From a virus (taxonomy: Duplodnaviria > Caudoviricetes), in IMG/VR virus record IMGVR_UViG_3300047278_000016, positions 1 to 53,051 of that record: a stretch of DNA of 53,051 bases; one strand, written 5' to 3'. Below, piece after piece: positions 10,386 through 18,632 of the stretch. A program made the position numbers and the translations under genes. The notes under the pieces are model-generated. The model had not been told where the DNA came from. It made no database searches and saw only the letters and a program-made list of their open reading frames with translations. Position 1 is the first letter of the stretch; each line of letters starts with the position of its first letter.

Positions 10386-10476
10386 TGTGTGGCAGTAGCA
10401 GTTCACATGAAGCAGTGGATTTCAAAACATTTACAGTCAACAATGGCGCTAACCCATTGCCTACCACTGCCACACA
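10386..10476 (-). ncRNA. Structured 5' leader / ncRNA candidate
   Basis: 13-bp closing stem TGTGTGGCAGTGG/CTACTGCCACACA and inner hairpin GGCAATGG-gttagcg-CCATTGTT; G.U pairs favour the minus strand; begins at the predicted +1 of the 10483-10510 promoter. Confidence 0.5.
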
Positions 10477-10482
10477 AATACA

Positions 10483-10510
10483 AGTGTACTCTAACTTTTT
10501 ACATTGTCAA
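10483..10510 (-). promoter_or_regulatory. sigma70-like promoter TTGACA-16-TACACT
   Basis: Minus strand TTGACA atgtaaaaagttagag TACACT; spacer shares GTAAAAAGTTA with the 17082-17109 promoter. Confidence 0.65.
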
Positions 10511-11894
10511 GAGTTTCCGAAGAAATTTCTTGCTTGTACAGATCAATTACTTTTTGGTGGTTGTTGATGTTGCCCTGAAGCATCGTGTACATCTTAGCCT
10601 CGATGGGGCTACCCGTAATGTGTACGACTGTCATGTTATTAACTTGCCCGGGGCGGTCGATACGTGCGTTGGCTTGCAAGTACGTTTCAACACTTGTGCA
10701 TGGAGCATACCAAATAATTGTGTTGGCGGCAGTTAGAGTTAACCCGTGTGACGCCGCCTTCGGTTGGATGATTAATACTTTTGGTTCCGGTTGCTCTTGA
10801 AACTGCTTGACAATATCTGAGCGTTTGTTTACAGGAACCGAGCCGTTGATTACTTCACATGTAATGTTGTGTTTCTGTAAGTGCTTCTCAAGTAATTCAA
10901 TAGTGTGCGTGAACGGAACAAACACAAGCACCTTGTGGCTTGACTCTTCAATGACTTCTTGAACTACGTTGAGCCTATTGCTTACGTCAAACTCAATGAC
11001 TTCGCTTGTATCCGTATACACCGCACCTCCAGCTATTTGCAAGAGTTTGTTAATTTGTACGGCAGCATTAACTGCTGATACTTCTTCGCCAGCAGCCTCA
11101 ATGAGCATCTGCTTCTTTAGTATGTTGTAGAACTTTAACTGCTGCGGTGTCAATGGTGCATCTCGCTCAACAAACGTAACGGGCGGCAAATCAAGGCAGT
11201 CGGCTTTCTCAAACCGAATGGCTGGCTGTAATGCTTTGTGAACGATTAGCTGTGCGGTTGGCTTGGGTATCCACTTGTACATAGTGAGCTTCATCATCAC
11301 TGTGTCTCGGAACTGCCCGAAGAAAGGCGACACGCCCTTGGGGTTCACGAGCTTTGCCAATCCGTAAGCATCCACAGGCGATTGAGCGGCAGGCGTACCC
11401 GTCAACATCCACAGACCCTTGATAACTTTTGTTAGGTCTCGTAGGTCTTTCCAACGCTCGGTTTGCGCATTCTTATAGGCTGACGCTTCATCCACTACGA
11501 TGAGGTCAAACCCACCCGCCATGATTTCTTTCTTGACGATGCCAACGCCATCGAAGTTAATGATGACGAATTCAGCACCCAGACTCACAATCTCTTTGCG
11601 CTTACGTGCGGCTCCATAAGCGACTGATACGGTGCGGTGGATGGCAAACTTAAACAAATCATTCTGCCAAGCCGACTTCATGATCGACAAAGGGCAGATC
11701 ACTAATACACGCTTCACTAATCCAATGGTCATGAGGTAGTCGACTGCCCAAATAACTGATGCTGTCTTACCTGTACCTTGCTCGTTAAAACAGAATGCCT
11801 TGCGGTTTGTTGTAAGGAATTCTGATGTTGTCTTCTGATGTTCAAATGGCGTGAACCCCGGGGGACGAGGCCACGTATACTCTGATAGGTTCAT
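10491..11894 (-). CDS. SNF2-family (superfamily 2) helicase
   Basis: EQGTGKT Walker A, VVDEAS, LTGTP, GLTLTAA, QANARIDRPGQ motifs. Confidence 0.9.
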   Translation of the reverse strand: MNLSEYTWPRPPGFTPFEHQKTTSEFLTTNRKAFCFNEQGTGKTASVIWAVDYLMTIGLVKRVLVICPLSIMKSAWQNDLFKFAIHRTVSVAYGAARKRKEIVSLGAEFVIINFDGVGIVKKEIMAGGFDLIVVDEASAYKNAQTERWKDLRDLTKVIKGLWMLTGTPAAQSPVDAYGLAKLVNPKGVSPFFGQFRDTVMMKLTMYKWIPKPTAQLIVHKALQPAIRFEKADCLDLPPVTFVERDAPLTPQQLKFYNILKKQMLIEAAGEEVSAVNAAVQINKLLQIAGGAVYTDTSEVIEFDVSNRLNVVQEVIEESSHKVLVFVPFTHTIELLEKHLQKHNITCEVINGSVPVNKRSDIVKQFQEQPEPKVLIIQPKAASHGLTLTAANTIIWYAPCTSVETYLQANARIDRPGQVNNMTVVHITGSPIEAKMYTMLQGNINNHQKVIDLYKQEISSETLDNVKS

Positions 11895-12205
11895 TTTTTC
11901 TTACGTTCCTTGGTACTTACTTCTGATACGACTTTGTGGTTTGACGCACGTTTGAATGATCGGTTGGCTGATGGGGTTTGAAGTTTGACTCCGTTCCCGT
12001 TTGTGCCACCTTTAGATAGTGCCTTGATGTGAGCAACATCTTTGCCTTCGCGGACGTCAGCACGTCCATCTTTGTTTTTGTCTGCATTCTTTTTATCTAT
12101 ACCTTCTCTAGCACGCTGACGCTCTAAACGATCTGGGCTTTCACCACGAGCAATCTGCTGCTGATATTCTTTTTTATATGGGCGGGGTTTATTTACGTAG
12201 GGCAT
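11891..12205 (-). CDS. HNH-like endonuclease
   Basis: GKDVAHIKALSKGGTN...SANRSF pattern; start at MPYVNK. Confidence 0.6.
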   Translation of the reverse strand: MPYVNKPRPYKKEYQQQIARGESPDRLERQRAREGIDKKNADKNKDGRADVREGKDVAHIKALSKGGTNGNGVKLQTPSANRSFKRASNHKVVSEVSTKERKKK

Positions 12206-12206
12206 G

Positions 12207-12869
12207 TTAGTTCCTGTTGTATTCACATTCTCTCACCGAGCAGAACTTGCACAGTGGGCCTTGGATTGGATTCCATACCCCATTTTCTAACGCCGCTTCA
12301 ATTCTTGCAACATCTCGGGCGGGGGGTTCAATATATTTCTCTACCATTTCTGAGTAGTGCATAGCCCTCACGAATTCCTTGCTGACTACAAATAATAGGG
12401 CTGACTTCACCTTCCGAATCTCCGGAAACTTGGCGAATAATCCACAAGCGACAAGATCCAGTTGCTTCACATCCGCATATCTCGCACTCTTGCTTGTCTT
12501 GTAGTCTATGGAGTGTGCCGTCCCCGTTGTCCGATTGATAATCACCAAATCCGCTACCCCATGCCACCATACATTTGGAGCATCGAATTCGCACGACTCT
12601 AAGGTTTTCGTCAATCCAAGTTTTACTTCGCATAACTTCTCTCCGGGGATGTCTTTTAAGACGTCTAGGGTAGCTTGCATATACGCAAACTGTTCAGGGA
12701 TCGGTACCCCATCACGAATGTATTCCTCCGCCACAGTGTGAGCTGTTTTTCCATACAGTGTTGCCTGTGTATCCGGCTCAACAATGTCCTTGGCTATCTT
12801 AGTGTGGTAGTACTTCTTAGGGCACTGTTGAAATGTTTTCAGGCTACTGAACGACCAAACGATACTCAT
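12207..12869 (-). CDS. PD-(D/E)XK exonuclease (Cas4/RecB-like, probable Fe-S)
   Basis: WSFSSLKTFQQCP, GVADL..IDYKT, C-terminal CKFC..C. Confidence 0.85.
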   Translation of the reverse strand: MSIVWSFSSLKTFQQCPKKYYHTKIAKDIVEPDTQATLYGKTAHTVAEEYIRDGVPIPEQFAYMQATLDVLKDIPGEKLCEVKLGLTKTLESCEFDAPNVWWHGVADLVIINRTTGTAHSIDYKTSKSARYADVKQLDLVACGLFAKFPEIRKVKSALLFVVSKEFVRAMHYSEMVEKYIEPPARDVARIEAALENGVWNPIQGPLCKFCSVRECEYNRN

Positions 12870-12881
12870 ACTGTCTTTCTG

Positions 12882-13586
12882 TTACAGATACGGCCCGGGC
12901 ACGTATCTTGGTTGTCTATCTGCATGCTCAAACCTAGCACTACGTGCGGCGGCATAAGCTTTTACCACGTTGGGGTAGTGCCTGTACACATGCACTTGCA
13001 TAGTATCAATGCCCCAATTATCTTCTGCTACTTCCAATCCATACACAGGGGCTAAGCCAAACATACGTGTAAAAGGAGAGTTCTCTAATACCGCCAAACG
13101 ACCCCCATCAAAGAAGGCATAGCTTTTAACCAAACCTTTGTAATGCTGAATAATTGGGTGTACATAAATTTTTTGATCGGACGCTTCAGGTATGTCAGAA
13201 AGCAGAAGTAGCCCTGCATTACTCTTGTTAAACGAGTTGGCAAAGTTAGGAAGTATCCCCCCAAAGTCGTGTATTTGTGCATGGTGCTCCCAATTCTTTT
13301 TCAACGCATCTTTGTCACCCTTAACTTCTACGAACACACCACCGCCCCTACCATCAGGCAAGAAAAAGTCAGGCAAGTACCGCGCTATATTTGGCACATG
13401 CCTTTCTCCAGTCGGAGAGTCGGGGTCACCAACACATTCATAAATTCCAATATCTCTTTCGTACCCTTGGTCTTCGTACTTCCACTCTATACCCAAGGTG
13501 TCAAAGAACACAGCCCATCGTGCTTCTAACCTTGAGCGAAAGCGATAGCCCTTGTACGTAGTTTCGATTGCTTTAATTTGATTCAT
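12882..13586 (-). CDS. Putative PD-(D/E)XK endonuclease
   Basis: YKGYRFRSRLEARWAVFFD...YLPDF...FVEVKG. Confidence 0.65.
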   Translation of the reverse strand: MNQIKAIETTYKGYRFRSRLEARWAVFFDTLGIEWKYEDQGYERDIGIYECVGDPDSPTGERHVPNIARYLPDFFLPDGRGGGVFVEVKGDKDALKKNWEHHAQIHDFGGILPNFANSFNKSNAGLLLLSDIPEASDQKIYVHPIIQHYKGLVKSYAFFDGGRLAVLENSPFTRMFGLAPVYGLEVAEDNWGIDTMQVHVYRHYPNVVKAYAAARSARFEHADRQPRYVPGPYL

Positions 13587-13819
13587 TCTTCATCCCATAA
13601 GTCGTTAGGCCAAACTAACACAGGGGTTTCAATTCCCAAGTAGCCGCCTTCAATGTTGAACTCAATAAACTCCCGAGCTTCCTCGGCATCCATACCATCT
13701 TGCATCAGGATTTCTCGTATCTTCTCGGCGTCGTAAACTAATACAGATACTTGCGTACTCTCACGCCAAATGCTTGCGGGCCCAATAATCGCTTCGTCAT
13801 ACCCGTTGTATTTAATCAT
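13583..13819 (-). CDS. Hypothetical protein
   Basis: 78-aa acidic ORF with ATGA-type overlaps. Confidence 0.7.
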   Translation of the reverse strand: MIKYNGYDEAIIGPASIWRESTQVSVLVYDAEKIREILMQDGMDAEEAREFIEFNIEGGYLGIETPVLVWPNDLWDEE

Positions 13820-14019
13820 GTGTTCTTCTCCTTGAGTTTGGCTTCAATGGCTTTGGCAAAAGGTTTCCAGCTTTGACAAGATGTGGCGGCGTTTATCTCT
13901 TCATCCGTCAATCCAGTCCAAGGTCGCTCAATAATGTCATGCCCTGATTGCGCATAGGCTTCGGCTCTCCACATAGCGGCTCGGTTTTTGTGGTACTCAC
14001 AGTGTGGGCAGTCAGTCAT
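13816..14019 (-). CDS. Small protein with WxGLTD...EAKLKEKN module
   Basis: CPHC plus RPWTGLTDEE...FAKAIEAKLKEKNT; paralogous to 24004-24207 and 51339-51557. Confidence 0.7.
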   Translation of the reverse strand: MTDCPHCEYHKNRAAMWRAEAYAQSGHDIIERPWTGLTDEEINAATSCQSWKPFAKAIEAKLKEKNT

Positions 14020-14171
14020 CGCTTCATCCCCCGCACAAAAGCGGCGAAGCTTGCCATTGTGTCCTTCTCAAAGGCTTTCATCTTTTCAAACTCTTTGGCT
14101 ACTTCTTCCAATACATCATCCCGCTGCTTGTTCGGGCTTACGTATTCTTGAATATCATCATCGTCGTTCAT
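14016..14171 (-). CDS. Hypothetical protein (51 aa, absent from ORF track)
   Basis: MNDDDDIQEY...FVRGMKR, ATGA overlaps at both ends. Confidence 0.65.
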   Translation of the reverse strand: MNDDDDIQEYVSPNKQRDDVLEEVAKEFEKMKAFEKDTMASFAAFVRGMKR

Positions 14172-14395
14172 AGGTCGTCTATTCCTTTCTTCATTAACTC
14201 TTCAAAATCTTCGTCAGCTTTTATGTCTTGATAAATTAGCTCTACAAACTGCATCAAGTTGGCAAAGTCACCGCGAATCTCAATTTCGTCAATGTCTTTT
14301 TCTTCTTGACCATCTGGAATTAGCCCCGCCATTAAAGCAAACGAAACGACAGCGCTAAGTCGCACCCTTGAAAACTCTTTATTAACATTCTCCAT
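14168..14395 (-). CDS. Hypothetical protein
   Basis: MENVNKEF... 75 aa, start overlaps the polymerase end. Confidence 0.55.
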   Translation of the reverse strand: MENVNKEFSRVRLSAVVSFALMAGLIPDGQEEKDIDEIEIRGDFANLMQFVELIYQDIKADEDFEELMKKGIDDL

Positions 14396-16199
14396 AGCTC
14401 GCTCCATACCCCGCTTCGCAGTTAAGGGGTAACTCCATACCCCATGATGGTCGTGTGCGCATGCACATCTCAACGTATTCCAAAGCGGTTTCAACCTGTC
14501 CAGTCGGCGCAATACAAGCGATGGCGTCATGCACAGTCATCACAACTCGGTACTTCTTTGCAACCATTAGCATCTGCTCACCGATCACGATACGGGCTAA
14601 CGCTTGGCACACGTTCTCAATTACCTTACCACCATAAATGCGTGTCGGAATGATTGCTTTGCCCTTCTTAGTGTCGTATACCAGCTCAGACTTACCTTCG
14701 TCGTTCTGAAGTATGCGTAGGTTGGGATAGCGTAGGTACAAACCATTGGGCAGAAGAATCCCATCGTTGCCATCTATCTTTAAAATATTGCCTCGACCTA
14801 ATGTGGTCTGCTGATTCTGTAATACAGCTTTGAGGGCTGTCGCCGCAGATTTCCATAGCTCAGTAATCTTCGGATACGTTGCGCGGTACGTGTCGATAAT
14901 CCGTGTCGCTTCATCCAAGTCAATCGCCACATTAAAGTTCTTGAGTTGAGCTTGGAACTTCTTCGCACCCATGCCGTATCCACATCCAAGAATTGTCGTC
15001 TTACCAACAAATCGCTCGTCCTTCGTAATCTCCGTGACGTCTTTGCCATAGATAGCAGATGCCATGATTTTGTATACATCTTCGCCCCTGTCAAATGCGT
15101 CTACCAAGTCGTCTTGCTCTGCAAGCCATGCGAGCGTACGTGCTTCAATTTGTGATGAGTCTGAATCAATCATCATGTAGCCGTCCGGGGCAATGATTGC
15201 TTTCTTCAGCGGTGAGTTGCGTTGTAGGTTTTGCAAGTTGAGCTTGTCATCTCCACCCCACCGCCCTGTGTGGGCGGCATAGTAGCGTAGGGGTACAGGC
15301 AACGAGCCGCGCTTAGCGATACCAAGAAACCTTTCAGTCCTTGTCTCTTCTATCGTAGACTTAGTACCCAATCTCGCTGCCACTAAAGATTGAACCTGTG
15401 TATTTGGATGTTCAAGCAGTGCCTTGAACTCTTCGTCTGTTTTAGAAAAAGCAAAGGTTTGTTTGCCGTTTGCGGGGCTGACTTTCATTGGTGGTGATAC
15501 ACCATAACCTTCCAAGATAATGGCAAACTTTATGTTACTCATCAGGTCGTCTTTGTCGAAGTTCTCAAGTAGCTCTTCTTTGCGTTGCTTCTCTCGCAAC
15601 AAATGGTCTTTGATAAGGTCTCCATTCAACTGCAACACAGGATCGGTGAACATGCGGACAGTCAAATCAATCAGGCGTAGCTCAACAGGCGGGAAGCCTT
15701 TGCTCATTGCCCCAAACAATTCCCACGTAAGCGTAACGTCGTTCTTGCAGTAGTCGCCATAGCGAGCTAACTGCTCGGGGCTAAAGTCCTGACGCCGCAG
15801 ACCTAGTGCATTTTCTACCTCAGTGCCTTTCTCGCCAAGCCCATAGAAGTTTGACAGCACCTTTAAGCTACCGCCTACTTGCGTACCATGCAAGGCTCTA
15901 CCCATAGATAAAGTATCAAGCCAACCCTTGGGGCTAATGCCGTATACCCACTTCAAAATTGCGCCATCGAACGGGGCGTTGTGCGCAAGCGCCAAACTGT
16001 TAGCCCAATCGTATCGGGTGAGGAACTGGTGCATGGATTCACCATCGCCACTAAACCATTTAGGCTCACCATCGTTGACCTGTACCGCTACGCCAATAGT
16101 TTCGAACTCAGGGCTACGAATGTATTCCTCTGTGGTAACTTTTGTTAGGGAGAACTCACGAGAATAATATGTCTCGAAGTCAATCGTTAATATGTTCAT
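14382..16199 (-). CDS. polA: DNA polymerase family A with 3'-5' exonuclease domain
   Basis: IDFET and AHNAPFD exo motifs; HTGRW, NLQN, DSSQIEAR (motif A), RFVGKTTILGCGYG (motif B), TVHDA (motif C). Confidence 0.92.
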   Translation of the reverse strand: MNILTIDFETYYSREFSLTKVTTEEYIRSPEFETIGVAVQVNDGEPKWFSGDGESMHQFLTRYDWANSLALAHNAPFDGAILKWVYGISPKGWLDTLSMGRALHGTQVGGSLKVLSNFYGLGEKGTEVENALGLRRQDFSPEQLARYGDYCKNDVTLTWELFGAMSKGFPPVELRLIDLTVRMFTDPVLQLNGDLIKDHLLREKQRKEELLENFDKDDLMSNIKFAIILEGYGVSPPMKVSPANGKQTFAFSKTDEEFKALLEHPNTQVQSLVAARLGTKSTIEETRTERFLGIAKRGSLPVPLRYYAAHTGRWGGDDKLNLQNLQRNSPLKKAIIAPDGYMMIDSDSSQIEARTLAWLAEQDDLVDAFDRGEDVYKIMASAIYGKDVTEITKDERFVGKTTILGCGYGMGAKKFQAQLKNFNVAIDLDEATRIIDTYRATYPKITELWKSAATALKAVLQNQQTTLGRGNILKIDGNDGILLPNGLYLRYPNLRILQNDEGKSELVYDTKKGKAIIPTRIYGGKVIENVCQALARIVIGEQMLMVAKKYRVVMTVHDAIACIAPTGQVETALEYVEMCMRTRPSWGMELPLNCEAGYGASYGEC

Positions 16200-16440
16200 T
16201 CGGTTCTTTCAATAACTTCATCATTCCAATGGCTGTCTCTTTGTCTAAGCCTTTGGCTAGGGTCGTGCTTGTTCGCTTAAAGTCAAGGTAGTCCCATCTG
16301 TATATGGTGTACTTGCCGTAGCGGGAGCGCATCACGTAGTGCGTGCCTACCCATGCAGTTTTTTTATATTCTTTATCGAACACATCCTGCATTACAGGTA
16401 GTAGCTGATGTAGTATTTCGGCACGACTAATTATTGCCAT
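16180..16440 (-). CDS. Small protein with N-terminus resembling the major capsid protein N-terminus
   Basis: MAIISRAEILHQLLPVMQDVFDKEY vs MCP MAISRAQLLKELLPGLNALFGMEY; AGGTGAG RBS. Confidence 0.65.
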   Translation of the reverse strand: MAIISRAEILHQLLPVMQDVFDKEYKKTAWVGTHYVMRSRYGKYTIYRWDYLDFKRTSTTLAKGLDKETAIGMMKLLKEPNEHIND

Positions 16441-16729
16441 TGCACTCACCTATAACATTTGTTAGGTATTCGAGGTTGTCTTCACGAATGATGCACGTGT
16501 ACCCGCCCGATGCGTTGATCGCTTGCATATTCTTTAGTTGTAGCGCGGTCGCTTGTCCCTTGCCAGCCTTGGCTTCGATCGCTAGGAACTTGCCGTTCAC
16601 GCAACACAAGAAGTCAGGTACACCGCTATTGCCGTAGCCAGTACCAATAGGCATAGCGTAGTAGATGTTGTGGGCTTTTAAGATAGCCTTGATCTTTGCC
16701 TTGACCTTGGCTTCAGGAGTCGTTGCCAT
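16427..16729 (-). CDS. VRR-NUC domain nuclease
   Basis: PEAKVK...GVPDFL...FLAIEAKAGKG..TALQ. Confidence 0.85.
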   Translation of the reverse strand: MATTPEAKVKAKIKAILKAHNIYYAMPIGTGYGNSGVPDFLCCVNGKFLAIEAKAGKGQATALQLKNMQAINASGGYTCIIREDNLEYLTNVIGECNGNN

Positions 16730-17051
16730 AGATCATGCTCTTCCATACCGAGACTGAGGGCATGTGGTTGTGGGATTTAGTTGGCGGTGTGTAGCCTTGG
16801 TGCGATACCCAACCCAATGTCTTGAGCGTGCGAACGCCTGATACCCATACGTTAGGGTGCAGTTCTTTGGGTCGGAATAAAAGTTTCTTGCCGCAGTACT
16901 CTCGGAACTCATCGCCGAGGACAACTGGTTTAGATACTAGCAACTCTTCTGCTAACTCTAAGTAACGCTCGACAAACTCGGGGCTTACTCTGCTTGCCTT
17001 TGACCAACACTTGTCAGCAAGTACAAGTGCGTTGTCCATTCGTTCGCTCAT
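16713..17051 (-). CDS. Hypothetical protein
   Basis: MSERMDN start after GGAG; first gene after the 17082-17109 promoter. Confidence 0.7.
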   Translation of the reverse strand: MSERMDNALVLADKCWSKASRVSPEFVERYLELAEELLVSKPVVLGDEFREYCGKKLLFRPKELHPNVWVSGVRTLKTLGWVSHQGYTPPTKSHNHMPSVSVWKSMIYGNDS

Positions 17052-17081
17052 CTGATACTCCAAGAAGTTTTTCAAGTCTTG

Positions 17082-17109
17082 ATAATAGCATAACTTTTTA
17101 CTTTGTCAA
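17082..17109 (-). promoter_or_regulatory. sigma70-like promoter TTGACA-16-TATTAT with extended -10 TG
   Basis: Minus strand TTGACA aagtaaaaagttaTGc TATTAT. Confidence 0.7.
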
Positions 17110-17120
17110 TAGTACAGACG

Positions 17121-17146
17121 AAAAAAAGCCCGCACTAGGCGGGCTT
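17121..17146 (-). terminator. Intrinsic terminator
   Basis: AAGCCCGC-actag-GCGGGCTT hairpin with A-tract on the left (U-tract on minus strand). Confidence 0.85.
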
Positions 17147-17167
17147 AGTTCTAACAAATGTTAGGTA

Positions 17168-17746
17168 TCACTTGAGCGAATTGATCTCGCGTGTCAGATA
17201 CCACTGAGCTTTGCGTAAGTCTTCCAACTTGTTGCCTTTGTGGTCGGCACGAGTCAGATACTTAACCACATTGCCAAGGTTGTACCCGAGCTTCTTGGCT
17301 TCGATGAAGTCGATCGTCTCGATTCCACCTACTGTGTAATGAGCAGGGTTGTTGACCGGGTCGGCTTTTGGCTCAAACATTTCGATCTGGCGTTGCCCTT
17401 GCATACGCAACTTTGCTTTTGCTACACCCGCTTCGTACGCAAGTTGTGCCATGCGTTTGGGTGTCGTATCTATAACTGAATCCTTATAAAAAGGAATGTC
17501 CGATGAAGCAAATGCAATCGTCTTCCAGTTAGATTTGTCGGTCAGGGCTTTCTTCTTTTGCATCCCCCCAAGCTTCTTCGCTACCTTGGCTTTCTTCTTT
17601 GCGTTCCACAGCACTGTGGCTACATACGCAGGGGTTACGCCTACCACCTTGGCTACGTCTGCTGACTTAGCTTTTGGGTTAGTCGCAACATAGTTACGGA
17701 TTTGCGCTGACTTGGTTGCTTTTGGTATTGTTGCTAATTCGATCAT
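17168..17746 (-). CDS. DUF3310-domain protein (T7 gp1.7-like C-terminus) with N-terminal HTH-like region
   Basis: DPVNNPAHYTVGGIETIDFI...GNVVKYLTRADHKG..EDLRKAQWYL. Confidence 0.8.
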   Translation of the reverse strand: MIELATIPKATKSAQIRNYVATNPKAKSADVAKVVGVTPAYVATVLWNAKKKAKVAKKLGGMQKKKALTDKSNWKTIAFASSDIPFYKDSVIDTTPKRMAQLAYEAGVAKAKLRMQGQRQIEMFEPKADPVNNPAHYTVGGIETIDFIEAKKLGYNLGNVVKYLTRADHKGNKLEDLRKAQWYLTREINSLK

Positions 17747-17949
17747 GATTTGTTTCCTGTTTGGTTGTTAACGTACTCGGTAAGAACTTCTCTCATTTTG
17801 GCTTGCTTTGTATACGCATAGTTTGTGTTGAAGTAATCCATCACATCCTTTGGTAGACGCAAGCTCGTACAAGATAGCGCGGGTTTCTTACCAAGCCCCC
17901 GCCCTTTCTTTTGTTGTTCCGGTTTTAGGTATTCAATTCCTGTTGTCAT
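17743..17949 (-). CDS. Ribbon-helix-helix (BrnA/CopG-like) DNA-binding protein
   Basis: RGLGKKP...TSLRLPKDVMDYF...MREVL. Confidence 0.6.
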   Translation of the reverse strand: MTTGIEYLKPEQQKKGRGLGKKPALSCTSLRLPKDVMDYFNTNYAYTKQAKMREVLTEYVNNQTGNKS

Positions 17950-18109
17950 TTTTTAATCCTTCGTAATACTTTTTAGGAAATGGGTCTTTCTTATCCAGTA
18001 GCTCACGTAGCCACTGCGCACCACCAAAATGATTAAAAATAATCCACTGCCTATCTGACATTCGCATGTTTCTCCCTATCAAGGGCTCGGGCGGTTTAGG
18101 TCTTGGCAT
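17933..18109 (-). CDS. Small putative RHH DNA-binding protein (58 aa, absent from ORF track)
   Basis: MPRPKPPEPLIGRNMRMSDRQW...GGAQWLRELL; AGGAG RBS. Confidence 0.6.
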   Translation of the reverse strand: MPRPKPPEPLIGRNMRMSDRQWIIFNHFGGAQWLRELLDKKDPFPKKYYEGLKNDNRN

Positions 18110-18287
18110 TTAATAAACTCCTTGCTATTACTCTGTTAGCCCAACATCTAGCACATGACCATCTGTGTGGGGACAATTCGATTCCCCCCTCGGGGGGTTT
18201 CATCTCTTCGCACTTGTTGCATAGCTTGTACTTGTGTACAGGTTGCCTACTTCCAAGCTCAAGTTGTCGGTTTACAAATCCATTCAT
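18096..18287 (-). CDS. Small zinc-finger protein
   Basis: CNKC...CARC. Confidence 0.6.
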   Translation of the reverse strand: MNGFVNRQLELGSRQPVHKYKLCNKCEEMKPPEGGIELSPHRWSCARCWANRVIARSLLNAKT

Positions 18288-18463
18288 TCGTATATCGCCT
18301 TTGCTAGTAAGTCCGCAATCCTTTGGTCACTCTCTTGAGTAGCCTCCGTCTCATGGAATATCCTCTCGATCTCAACCAACGCTAGGTAATAGTCCCCACC
18401 CTTGAGCGCATGCTTGAGCTTGCTTTCGTCTTGTGGGTACGTGTATTCAAGTACGATTTTCAT
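18284..18463 (-). CDS. Hypothetical protein
   Basis: MKIVLEYTYP start after GGAG. Confidence 0.6.
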   Translation of the reverse strand: MKIVLEYTYPQDESKLKHALKGGDYYLALVEIERIFHETEATQESDQRIADLLAKAIYE

Positions 18464-18632
18464 ACGCTGCTCCCTTGGTGATGCGGATAAGCAAGCGAGC
18501 CTTACGAAAAGTTCTGCGTATGTCGGTGTGTGCCGCATCTATCCACTTAAACTTCGGGTGGTCGCACCCCCGTAGGGGAATAGCCTTTGATTGATATTTC
18601 AACTGTTCCATTTCATACTCCTTCGCTAACAT
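18447..18632 (-). CDS. Hypothetical protein
   Basis: Co-oriented small ORF; alternative start at 18611 after AAGGAG. Confidence 0.55.
   Translation of the reverse strand: MLAKEYEMEQLKYQSKAIPLRGCDHPKFKWIDAAHTDIRRTFRKARLLIRITKGAAYENRT

Noticed and set aside
12207-12869. cas4 as part of a CRISPR system
   Set aside because: Stand-alone Cas4-like exonucleases are usual in phage replication modules, and no other cas genes are present.
11422-16148. Degenerate palindrome variants at 11422 and 16135 (xTAACTTTTGTTAG)
   Set aside because: Mismatched within the core and inside coding sequence; could be chance, so not counted.
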